Source of the DNA: Fuerstiella sp.
Lineage (GTDB): Bacteria > Planctomycetota > Planctomycetia > Planctomycetales > Planctomycetaceae
Direction of reading: 5' to 3'
Assembly: GCA_022447185.1 (NCBI GenBank)
Contig: JAKVAY010000064.1
Coordinates: forward strand, 1-44,667
DNA: 44,667 bases
Positions within the stretch are counted from its first letter, which is position 1. Each line of letters starts with the position of its first letter. Shown here in pieces: positions 21,101-29,304 of the stretch. The notes beneath the pieces were generated by a model. The model saw only the letters and a program-made list of their open reading frames with translations, was not told the DNA's origin and did not search any database. The position numbers and the translations under genes are program-made.

Positions 21101-23680
21101 ATGGGCCCACGATACCGAGAAGCGTATTCAAAAGGTGTGCACGACATCGATGCAGCTTTACTGCTTCGTTCACTGGCAACCATGCATCAAACGATTGGTC
21201 TGATGCGATTCGATACGAAATCACGGGCTCTCGCATCACTGTACTGGAATGTGTTTGCTGACCGAAAAACGAAAACGACAGTATCCGCACGGATGGCAGG
21301 TGCGGGAGCCATCGCCGACGCTTTTCAGGACTCAGCGGGTCGAGATGGATACACCGATCAACTGCACGAATTGATTGAAACATTTTGTACTCATGGCTCG
21401 GGTTTCCAGTTCGCAAATGCTCCAACTCCAGACGTTCAGTCTCCAAATGCCCGACAAGACGACCTCGGCGGGAACCGATTTCGTGACGCGGCAGAATACC
21501 TGTTCGGCGAACTATCCGGTGATGCCACATTTTGTGTTAGTACGGTCGCCGCGGAGCTTACAAAGGATTTCCGGCAGCACGTCAAAACCAATGGATACAG
21601 TGAGGCTTTTGACCGGTCCGTCGCATCCGTCAGTAAAGACCGGGCTAATTGCTTCGTGCTCCTGAAAAACTGGGTCCAGGCATTTTTGGCGTCAACGCAG
21701 TCCAGACAGTACAGCAAGGACTACGTGGACGAAGTGGCCCTGATCCTGATGCCCGGCATGCCCGATGGCAGTCAGGTGATTGAGGCAAAAGTCGATGCCG
21801 AGTTGACAGGAATTGTCGGTAGCCATCCGGTCATTGACGGGGGGAGCTATCACCTTAATTATAATCGTTTCGTTCAACGTCTTTCGACATTTGATTCAAT
21901 CGCCGTTCCGCGTTTCAATGCATGGACAGACCTCAAACACAATCTCCTTGAACGCAGTCGAACAGAAATGAGACTGGACGAATTCCGGCCTCGAGTGCTC
22001 ACTTCGTTTGTTCGCAACAAACTTCTGAACGATGTCTATCTTCCACTGATCGGCGACAATCTGGCCAAACAGATGGGCACTTCCGGAGAAGGCAAACGCA
22101 CCGATCTGATGGGCCTGTTATTGCTGGTGTCACCGCCTGGCTACGGCAAGACGACATTGATGGAGTACATCGCCAATCGGTTAGGCCTGATTTTTATGAA
22201 AATCAACGGTCCGGCGCTGGGGCATGCGATCACCTCACTGGATCCGACCGAATCCACCAATGCTGGCGCACGGGAAGAAATCGAAAAGCTGAATCTCGCA
22301 CTCGAAATGGGTGACAATGTCATGATCTACATCGATGACATTCAGCATACGAATTCTGAGTTTCTGCAGAAATTCATCTCCCTGTGTGACGCCCAGCGGA
22401 AGATAGAAGGCGTCTACAAAGGAAACCCACGCACGTATGACCTCCGGGGCCGCAAGGTTGCCGTGGTGATGGCCGGAAACCCCTACACCGAAAGCGGTGA
22501 AACGTTTCAGATTCCTGACATGCTTTCGAACCGTGCTGACATCTATAACCTTGGTGAGATCGTTGGCGAATCAGGTAACGCGTTTGAACTGAGCTACCTG
22601 GAAAACGCCCTCACTTCAAATCCGGTGCTGGCAAAACTCTCCAGCCGCAGCCAGAAAGATGTTTATGCCATTATTCGAATGGCTAACGATGAACCTCGCG
22701 ACGGGGTTGAACTTGAAGGCAACTATTCGCTGGAAGAAATTAATGAACTCGTTGGCACAATGCGGAAACTGATGCGAGTCCGAGACGTCATTCTCAAAGT
22801 GAACCAGGAGTACATTCGTTCGGCTGCTCAGAGTGATGACTACCGCACCGAACCGGCTTTCAAGCTGCAGGGGTCGTATCGAAACATGAATCGAATAGCC
22901 GAAAAAGTCGTTCCCATCATGAACGACGAGGAACTCACAACACTGATCGTCACCAGCTATGAAAATGACGCGCAGACGCTGACGACGGATACCGAGGCAA
23001 ATCTTCTGAAGTTCCGTGAACTGAATGACCTGCTGACGGACACGGATTCTGCACGCTGGGATGACATCAAACGTACGTTCCGTCAAAACGTGAAGCTGCG
23101 AGGAATCAGCAGTGACGACAAAACCGGTCAGGTAATTGCCACACTTGGCAACCTCAGTGACGGACTCTCTGACATTCAGAAAACACTCATGCAGGGTCTG
23201 TCAGCCGCAGACCAGCGGCAGGCAGAGAGACAAACAGCAGACGCATCTGAAACCCAAGAATCACCGCAACCGTCATTCGATGTTGTTCTTGAGGATCTTC
23301 AGGGACTCAGAGAGGGACTGGAGTCGATCGGTCAGTCGATTGCTGCGGGTGTCTCTCAGTTGGTGGAATCAGGAACATCGCCGACTCTGCTGCGACCAAC
23401 GGCACCGAATGAACCCGTGGTAACCGAGGGAGCAACGTCTGCAATGCAGACAGCAGGTGAGGACGATTCGCGTCGCATCACGGTCGTCAACAGAATTCCA
23501 CAGACTGTAGTTGCTGTGTTGAAGCATCAGTTTCGTCTTATGAATCGATGGCTGGAACCTATGCATCGGGCCAGTCAGGTACAACAGGCCGACATGTCGG
23601 AATTGCGAACGCAGACTGAAAAGTGTCTGCGGCTTTACGAAAAGCTTATTGAGCGAATCGACCCAGAGACGAAGTCTTAG
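18188..23680 (+). CDS. Giant (1830 aa) coiled-coil protein with a single embedded MoxR/AAA_5-type AAA+ ATPase domain; candidate flotillin-associated ATPase
   Basis: It is one uninterrupted ORF. The N-terminal roughly 450 aa form a non-coiled beta-rich region, and residues about 480-900 are long coiled coils. The P-loop LLLLVSPPGYGKTTLMEY (Walker A) is at about nt 22125..22160. Walker B NVMIYIDDIQH is at about nt 22318..22350. An AAA_5/MoxR-style sensor/arginine segment KVAVVMAGNPYTESGETFQIPDMLSNRADIY is at about nt 22455..22550. The C-terminal 300 aa are helical/coiled again. There is no signal peptide or TM segment. Confidence 0.8.
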   Translation: MPEPADKPVDENAPGLESSTYEIIRSRLLNCGKELRSRLNQLNEARRQVFGSIDTALLSTERITTDHNCIARDMVAIGDRFLFGYNIHFGLKSETELSDVFAIYNFADRTLHAQDLSLLIDSEFERDFKDLFRYYKNAVFAKFAVRGPYLYMVFRVGRSVDEVKVFKWMIDSSAPEATTLHYIDNRSDHEFRFPPQHDFEWLRVTRDDHHYGDYSHVSIQNRVFVETVGGDLTIKVENNTDSGAGIYSEPVDNADQTLDDAEIYYAVVGHIILLRIRPYQEKQFRYLVYNEKLQRAIRVDSIRDACVLLPDDHGLIFSNGYYLQDGEYKTFEHNLSEMLFERTIPAPNGEDYLFVFYNRESGIYVLLQYNLIEQKIQNPLICNGWTFFEAGELLCFKSQGEAQKHHAIQLWQTPYVGEDHVMPVRSESFLTNVGNKDIVRGMSECHEILNLISKEDTYSNLYTDLVRQSAEISDTYFWLGRDDTFNLAETLSEVKAAATAAVDEFDKVVRVKKNTQKKTQAAQAQTQDILSKIRHRRFEHISDFVTSLSDLRAVRGNIISLKDLRYIDEKLVEQLEDSVAEQTELSSRNCVEFLLKPSSLEPYEQKVRNEQTSIEDLTKVTEARSLEADIAQSAGELEMLIEIVSNLKIDDATQRTTIIDNISSIFSSVNQARAILKKKLRELASVEGVAEFNSQIKLLNQSVVNYLDVCDTPEKCEDFLARVMLLLEELEGRFAEFDEFILQLTEKREEVYNAFETRKLQLVETRNKRANSLMSAAERVLKGIQSRVKSFETVNDINGYFAADLMIEKVRDVVEQLQELDDSVKVDDIQSRLKTIREDAVRQLKDRQELFVDGENSIRLGAHLFSVNAQVLDLTTVLRDGKLFLHLTGTNFFEPVNAQVLDDAGLLNDFDRVRGQEVVSESQEVYRGEFLAWKILRASMIGNSDANSPVPSPADLAAMTDEDLLGFVQRFMGPRYREAYSKGVHDIDAALLLRSLATMHQTIGLMRFDTKSRALASLYWNVFADRKTKTTVSARMAGAGAIADAFQDSAGRDGYTDQLHELIETFCTHGSGFQFANAPTPDVQSPNARQDDLGGNRFRDAAEYLFGELSGDATFCVSTVAAELTKDFRQHVKTNGYSEAFDRSVASVSKDRANCFVLLKNWVQAFLASTQSRQYSKDYVDEVALILMPGMPDGSQVIEAKVDAELTGIVGSHPVIDGGSYHLNYNRFVQRLSTFDSIAVPRFNAWTDLKHNLLERSRTEMRLDEFRPRVLTSFVRNKLLNDVYLPLIGDNLAKQMGTSGEGKRTDLMGLLLLVSPPGYGKTTLMEYIANRLGLIFMKINGPALGHAITSLDPTESTNAGAREEIEKLNLALEMGDNVMIYIDDIQHTNSEFLQKFISLCDAQRKIEGVYKGNPRTYDLRGRKVAVVMAGNPYTESGETFQIPDMLSNRADIYNLGEIVGESGNAFELSYLENALTSNPVLAKLSSRSQKDVYAIIRMANDEPRDGVELEGNYSLEEINELVGTMRKLMRVRDVILKVNQEYIRSAAQSDDYRTEPAFKLQGSYRNMNRIAEKVVPIMNDEELTTLIVTSYENDAQTLTTDTEANLLKFRELNDLLTDTDSARWDDIKRTFRQNVKLRGISSDDKTGQVIATLGNLSDGLSDIQKTLMQGLSAADQRQAERQTADASETQESPQPSFDVVLEDLQGLREGLESIGQSIAAGVSQLVESGTSPTLLRPTAPNEPVVTEGATSAMQTAGEDDSRRITVVNRIPQTVVAVLKHQFRLMNRWLEPMHRASQVQQADMSELRTQTEKCLRLYEKLIERIDPETKS

Positions 23681-23856
23681 TCAAATCGCTGCGAAATCTG
23701 ACCAGGATCCATAATGATGACCAGACTGACTTCGCGTCGCATTCATTCGCAACGAACTGCTTTCGAAGAGATTGGTCCGCAATTGTTGGCAGACATCCAC
23801 CGGTCGGAAACGGACCTATTGGAAATCCCTGAGGAACCGTCGTGAACGGCCGCGTC

Positions 23857-23883
23857 ATCTGCAGACAGCCTCCGTCTGCAGGA
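23857..23883 (+). terminator. 10-bp stem hairpin (TCCTGCAGAC-AGCCTCC-GTCTGCAGGA) about 180 nt downstream of the giant ATPase gene
   Basis: It is an exact inverted repeat read directly from the sequence. It lacks a downstream U-tract, so an intrinsic-terminator role is uncertain. Confidence 0.25.
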
Positions 23884-24127
23884 GTACCGAGAGACTTCAT
23901 GAACCTGAGGTCAGAATTCGGCGGAGGATTCTGAACGGGCTGTGACATGCTCTGACGGTGACATCAGTCCGATTGGCTGATCTGCCGGGCTTGTCTGCCA
24001 TGCACAGGCCGTTTTGATGCGTCGTAAAGCAGTTGAAATCCCGACCACTGCAATTGTGATCACTCACACCATACAGTTTGGTGGCACGGATCGAATGCAT
24101 CAGTAACTGTCCGAGGATAGAGGATTC

Positions 24128-26536
24128 ATGCAGCTTTCATCGAAAGAAATCCTGAAGAGACTAGGCGATGGTCAGTCGATCAGCGACGTGTGCTGCGCAG
24201 TGGCTGTCAGTCGTAAAGAATTCGATACCTGGTGGCAGAAAGAGATTAGATCACGTGTACCGAACCCCAGTGGTTCGATCTCGGCACCTGTGGCAACTTC
24301 GGTCGTGATCGAACGAGACCACTGGGGAATTCCGCATGTCTTTGCCGACAGTGACCAGGATTTGTTCTTCGGTTTTGGTGTCGCTGTGGCTCAGGATCGC
24401 CTGTTTCAACTGGACTATTTGCGTCGCAAAGGCATGGGGCGACTATCGGAAGTGTTCGGTGAAGACACGCTGTCCCAGGATTCAATCGCACGAACCGTCG
24501 GTTTGAACCGAATTGCGGCCACGCAATGGAGGAACCTTGAGCTGCGAGTTCGGATGCTCGTCGAATCATTTACAGCCGGTGTGAATCAAGTGATCGCCGA
24601 TACGGCAGACTCTCCTGCAATCGAATTCGATCTGCTGCAATACCGACCGGAACCGTGGCAGCCCGTGGACTGTCTGGTGATCGAAAACGAATTCCAGTGG
24701 TATCTGACCGGACGACTGCCGGTGATTGTCATCCCGGAACTCGCGAAACGTGTTCTGGGGAAAGGACCGCTGTTCAACGAATTTATTTTCGGCGAAGCTG
24801 ACGATGAGTCGATCCTGCACCCTGGCGATTACGAGCCGGCTACACCTGTAAATGAAAGTTCACCAACTGGTCACGCCATGAATGATCCCGACGCGACGGT
24901 GGGCAGCAACAACTGGGTGCTGTCGGGACAACGCACCACAACCAGTCAGCCGCTTCTTGCCAGCGACCCGCACATCGCGTTCGAAGCCGTCTCCTGCTGG
25001 CACGAGATCCATCTGTGTGGCGGTTCGTTCCATGTTGCCGGCATGTCATATACTGGAATTCCGGCAGTCATGTTTGGCCGCAACGAACATGTTGCCTGGG
25101 GAATTACCAACAACATCTGTTCTCAGCGAGACCTGTATCAGGAACGAACGGACCCCCAACACCCAGGATGTTTTCTTTACGACGACCAATGGGAAACAGA
25201 ACGTTGCCTGACAGAAATAATTGAAATACGGGACCGGCCGGCTGTCGAAAAGACGATTCGATTTTCACGCAACGGTCCGATCGTGGATGAAATTTTACCG
25301 GTGGAAGCAGAGCACTCCGGCCCCGTGTCTCTTAAATGGCTGGGGGCACATGGAGGCGAATGGCTAACCGCGCTGCTGGACATGGACCGAGCTGACAGTG
25401 TTTCCGGTTTTCGGCAGACCCTGCGGCCGTGGCAGGTGCCGACATTTTCAATCGTCATCGCTGATACAGACGGGAACATCGGTTTCCAGACATCAGGCGG
25501 GATCCCGATCCGTGGTGACCTGGAGCGGGGATATCGACGCGGCTGGGATCCCAATCACCAATGGAATGGACAGATTCCTTTTGAGTCGATGCCGTCGACA
25601 GTGAATCCCTCGCGAGGCTGGGTTGCCTCAGCGAATAATCGCGTTGCTCCAAACGATTTTCCCTGGAAACTCTTCGGTTGCTGGAGCAGCGGCTGGAGGG
25701 CCAGACGTATTCGCAACATGATCGAATCGAAACCACTTCATGCACCCGACGATATGGGAACCATGCACCAGGACACAATGTCACTGCGGGCTGAAGAACT
25801 GGTACCGTTAATCGTCCCTATACTGCAGAAACACTCCGCCCAGCATATTCAGGACGCGGTCAGTGTTCTAGATGAATGGAATTGTCGCTGTGATTCGGAT
25901 TCCATTGGGGCAACAATCTTTAACGTCTTTTTCACGCACTGGTGCCGCAGGGTGGCATCGCAACGATTCGATTCCGACCTGATTGATCTCATGTCCACTG
26001 CGATGTCCGGATGCGCTGGGCGTCTGCTGAAAGCTGATCCTGCCAACTGGTTTGACGGTACGGATCGACAGCAGGCCCTCATCAATTCATTCGAAGATGC
26101 GGTCAACATGCTCATTGATCGCTTCGGGTCAGATCAGCGGGACTGGACGTGGAAGCAACTGCATCAAATGCCGCTCAAACATATTCTTTCCGATCGTGGC
26201 GATCTGAGCAACCTGCTGAACCACGGCGGGACCGGTGTCCACGGAGACATGGTCACAGTCTGTAACACAGGCAGCGGAGACGACTGGTCTGCTGCAACAG
26301 GTGCCGGCTATCGTATCGTCTCAGATTTGTCTGCGGCCCCCCCGGCATTGCGGGCGATTGATGCTCAAAGCCAGTCCGGGCATCCCGGCAGTCTGCACTA
26401 CGACGATCAGTACGAGAGATGGCATTCCGGTGACTATCACGAAATTCAGCTCGTCCGAGATACGATCGGTGACTTGTGTATAACAAAGTTAACCCTCAAT
26501 CCTGATCAGTATTCCTCACAGTCAATTCCTGAATAG
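24128..26536 (+). CDS. Penicillin-amidase / acyl-homoserine-lactone acylase family Ntn-hydrolase (peptidase S45)
   Basis: The alpha-subunit region is WGIPHVFADSDQDLFFGFGVAVAQDRLFQLD. The nucleophile-containing beta-subunit start is GSNNWVLSG. Family motifs follow downstream (SDPHIAFEAVSCWHE, NEHVAWGITNN). There is no signal peptide; see the finding on its N-terminus. Confidence 0.85.
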   Translation: MQLSSKEILKRLGDGQSISDVCCAVAVSRKEFDTWWQKEIRSRVPNPSGSISAPVATSVVIERDHWGIPHVFADSDQDLFFGFGVAVAQDRLFQLDYLRRKGMGRLSEVFGEDTLSQDSIARTVGLNRIAATQWRNLELRVRMLVESFTAGVNQVIADTADSPAIEFDLLQYRPEPWQPVDCLVIENEFQWYLTGRLPVIVIPELAKRVLGKGPLFNEFIFGEADDESILHPGDYEPATPVNESSPTGHAMNDPDATVGSNNWVLSGQRTTTSQPLLASDPHIAFEAVSCWHEIHLCGGSFHVAGMSYTGIPAVMFGRNEHVAWGITNNICSQRDLYQERTDPQHPGCFLYDDQWETERCLTEIIEIRDRPAVEKTIRFSRNGPIVDEILPVEAEHSGPVSLKWLGAHGGEWLTALLDMDRADSVSGFRQTLRPWQVPTFSIVIADTDGNIGFQTSGGIPIRGDLERGYRRGWDPNHQWNGQIPFESMPSTVNPSRGWVASANNRVAPNDFPWKLFGCWSSGWRARRIRNMIESKPLHAPDDMGTMHQDTMSLRAEELVPLIVPILQKHSAQHIQDAVSVLDEWNCRCDSDSIGATIFNVFFTHWCRRVASQRFDSDLIDLMSTAMSGCAGRLLKADPANWFDGTDRQQALINSFEDAVNMLIDRFGSDQRDWTWKQLHQMPLKHILSDRGDLSNLLNHGGTGVHGDMVTVCNTGSGDDWSAATGAGYRIVSDLSAAPPALRAIDAQSQSGHPGSLHYDDQYERWHSGDYHEIQLVRDTIGDLCITKLTLNPDQYSSQSIPE

Positions 26537-26656
26537 CAGGACTGTTTTGAATTTGTGTCGTGATTCAACGCATCTGGTTATTAACCACAATGTCCTGACT
26601 GCGTCCTCGTGTATAATTGGTAACTGCTTCCTATTTGTCAGACTGCGGGTGCCAGC

Positions 26657-27955
26657 ATGCAGGTCGAGCTACGTTACGGACGAAGCTACAAATCACTGAC
26701 GCTGCCGGTCGATGTCTCCGCAACGATCATTCGCAAGCCCGCAATGCCACAGATTCAAAATCCTGCCGCGGCAGTTCGTGCTGCCATCAGCCAGCCAGTC
26801 GGCGCCGCGGCACTTAGTGACCTGGCAAAAACTTCCCGAAGTGTCTGCATTGCTGTGTGCGATATCACTCGTCCGGTGCCCAATCATCTGTTCCTGCGAC
26901 CGGTCGTCGAGACACTGATCCATTCAGGTGTACCGGCAGAAAACATCACCATCCTGGTGGCAACGGGTCTTCACAGACCTAACGAAGGCGAGGAACTCAA
27001 AGAGCTCATCGGCGACCCCTGGGTGCTAAAAAACGTCTCGGTGCGAAATCATTATGCGCGGCGTGACGAGGACCATGTCACACTCGGTACGACTTCAACA
27101 CGCAATACAGTTGTCCGGCTCGATCGTCGATTCGTTGAGGCGGATCTTCGAATCGCCACTGGGCTGGTAGAGCCTCATTTCATGGCCGGTTATTCCGGTG
27201 GTCGGAAAGTCATCGCTCCCGGCCTGGCCCACGCGGAAACAATCACGACTTTTCACAGCGCGAGATTCATGGACGACTCTGCAGCAACAAGCTGCAATAT
27301 GGACGGCAACCCACTTCATGAAGAACAGCTTGAAATCGTGAAGATGCTCGGGGGTGCTCTGGCGATCAACACAGTCCTCAGTGAGGATCGCCAGCTTTCA
27401 CACATCAATTTTGGAGAGATCGTCCAGAGTCATCAGGCAGCCGTCGATTATGTGCGGAAATTCTGTGAACTGTCGGTGCCTCGCAGGTTCCAAACTGTTG
27501 TCACGAGTTCTGCAGGATATCCACTGGACAAGACGTACTACCAGACGATTAAGGGAATGGTCTGTGCAATGGATATTCTTGAACCGGGAGGAGATTTGAT
27601 CATTGTGTCCGAATGTTCGGAAGGCATGGGATCTTCCGAATTCATTGATGCACAGCGACGACTCCTGGATCTTGGCTCAGAAGCTTTTATGAACGGTATT
27701 CTGCAGAAGTCCCATGCAGCCATCGATGAGTGGCAGACACAGATGCAAACCAAACCGATGCGTGTCGGCAATGTCCATCTGGTCACAGATGGATTGCGGC
27801 CGTCGGAACACTCGTTAACCGGCGTCAACGTAACTGGATCACTTCAGTCGACAGTGGAGACCAGCCTGTCCCGCAGCTCGGACCGAGCAATTGCTGTGAT
27901 TCCTGAAGGCCCGTACATCGTGCCGTTTTTTCGACCCACAGGAGCTCCTGTGTGA
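26657..27955 (+). CDS. LarA-family (nickel-pincer-dependent lactate racemase-like, DUF2088) protein
   Basis: Characteristic LarA N-terminal domain motifs are present: VCIAVCDITRPVPN, ILVATGLHRPNEGEELKELIG, and EPHFMAGYSGGRKVIAPGL. The length is 432 aa. Confidence 0.7.
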   Translation: MQVELRYGRSYKSLTLPVDVSATIIRKPAMPQIQNPAAAVRAAISQPVGAAALSDLAKTSRSVCIAVCDITRPVPNHLFLRPVVETLIHSGVPAENITILVATGLHRPNEGEELKELIGDPWVLKNVSVRNHYARRDEDHVTLGTTSTRNTVVRLDRRFVEADLRIATGLVEPHFMAGYSGGRKVIAPGLAHAETITTFHSARFMDDSAATSCNMDGNPLHEEQLEIVKMLGGALAINTVLSEDRQLSHINFGEIVQSHQAAVDYVRKFCELSVPRRFQTVVTSSAGYPLDKTYYQTIKGMVCAMDILEPGGDLIIVSECSEGMGSSEFIDAQRRLLDLGSEAFMNGILQKSHAAIDEWQTQMQTKPMRVGNVHLVTDGLRPSEHSLTGVNVTGSLQSTVETSLSRSSDRAIAVIPEGPYIVPFFRPTGAPV

Positions 27956-28078
27956 AATGCCCAACTTCAACTCGTGAATTCAGCGATACCGGTAATATAC
28001 ACGCACAGCTGCTCGATTTTCACTATAAGTCAATACTCCGAAAACTGTTCATCGCTCCATCCGTATGGAAAACCATCA

Positions 28079-29131
28079 ATGAAATCCAATGTCTTCAGAT
28101 ATGTGAGTATCGTGTCGGTTTCTCTGATTACCGTCGGCCTTGGCGTTGCCCAGGTCACCAGTGTGATCAGCCTTAAGAAATGGGAGCCCGGTCGGGGATG
28201 GGGATGGGTTTGGGGGCCCGATGATGAAGTTGGTGCCCTGAACGAAATGACAAACGCCAGCAGGCTGGCCGCCGTAAGATTGATACAGAACGGAAAAACG
28301 TTTGACCTGGGCATCACATATGACCGCAACTCGTTCAAATGGCCGGGCCACAGCCCAGGTGAAATCATTACGTTCCGTTCCCCCGAAGGGGTGAAGCGTC
28401 AGGGAGATTTTTTTCCCGCTCTCGACAGTAAACGTGGCACCACATGGCACAGCAGTGCACTCTTCATCAATGACAACGTTGCCACGCAGATTGACGGACT
28501 GGGTCACGCTGTCGAAGGAGAAGATAACCACTGGTACAACGGATTCAAAGAGGAAGACTGGGGTGGCAACTGGGGGCCCCGAAAATGCGATGCCGTTACG
28601 ATACCTCCTGTCGTTGCGCGTGGTGTACTGATTGATGTGGCACGTTCGAAGGGAGCCCGCGCACTTCCGCCTCACTATAAAATCACTTCCGCCGATCTGC
28701 GTGATGCGCTCGCAGCCCAGAGAACGAAGCTGCAGCCCGGGGATGTGGTTCTGGTTCGCACGGGAGCAATTCAGTTCTGGGAAGATATAAACGATCGTGA
28801 GCTGCTTGCTGCCCACGATACCGCAGGACTGTCCCTGGAAGCTGCTCAGTGGCTGGTCGAGCAGAATGGTGCCATGATGATTGGCAGCGATACCAGCGGG
28901 CTGGAATACTGGCCGCGTGCAGACAATGCAGATGCTCATCGCAAACAGCACGGTTCGTTCATGCCGGTACACAACTACCTGCTCATCGAACAGGGAGTAC
29001 ACATCGCTGAGTTCCACTATCTCGAGGAACTTGCCAGCACCAAAACCTGGGAATTCTGCTACATCTGTTCGACGGCAAAGATTCGCGGCACGACCGCCGG
29101 ATTTGCTCTGCGGCCCATTGCCATGCGGTGA
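28079..29131 (+). CDS. Putative cyclase-family protein (kynurenine-formamidase-like fold), secreted
   Basis: The ORF is open from 27974. The ATG at 28079 yields signal peptide MKSNVFRYVSIVSVSLITVGLGVAQ. Cyclase-family motifs are present: IDGLGHAVEGEDNHWYNG (His-rich metal site), VARGVLIDVA, and GDVVLVRTG. The antisense ORF 28076..29170 is rejected. Confidence 0.7.
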   Translation: MKSNVFRYVSIVSVSLITVGLGVAQVTSVISLKKWEPGRGWGWVWGPDDEVGALNEMTNASRLAAVRLIQNGKTFDLGITYDRNSFKWPGHSPGEIITFRSPEGVKRQGDFFPALDSKRGTTWHSSALFINDNVATQIDGLGHAVEGEDNHWYNGFKEEDWGGNWGPRKCDAVTIPPVVARGVLIDVARSKGARALPPHYKITSADLRDALAAQRTKLQPGDVVLVRTGAIQFWEDINDRELLAAHDTAGLSLEAAQWLVEQNGAMMIGSDTSGLEYWPRADNADAHRKQHGSFMPVHNYLLIEQGVHIAEFHYLEELASTKTWEFCYICSTAKIRGTTAGFALRPIAMR

Positions 29132-29304
29132 AACGAGTTTAGACCTGCAGGACGACAACTGTCTCGACACGTGATTATCGGAGAAATCAGCAGAGAGTTT
29201 CTGTCACCGCCGCAACTCTGGCGTCATTCTGTGATACCGGCATACAGTCTGGACGAAACCTCGTATTTCTGCGCGCCAACACCGGCAATCATCTTTCCGG
29301 TGAA

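Noticed and set aside
18188-23680. Possibility that the giant ORF is two genes or contains a frameshift
   Set aside because: The frame is continuous over 5.5 kb with no internal stops. The coding character (motifs, coiled-coil periodicity) persists throughout. The six-frame track reports it as a single 1830-aa ORF.
28076-29170. 364-aa minus-strand ORF
   Set aside because: It is antisense to the cyclase-family gene, whose plus-strand translation carries the family's His-rich metal motif and a signal peptide. The antisense frame is low-complexity.
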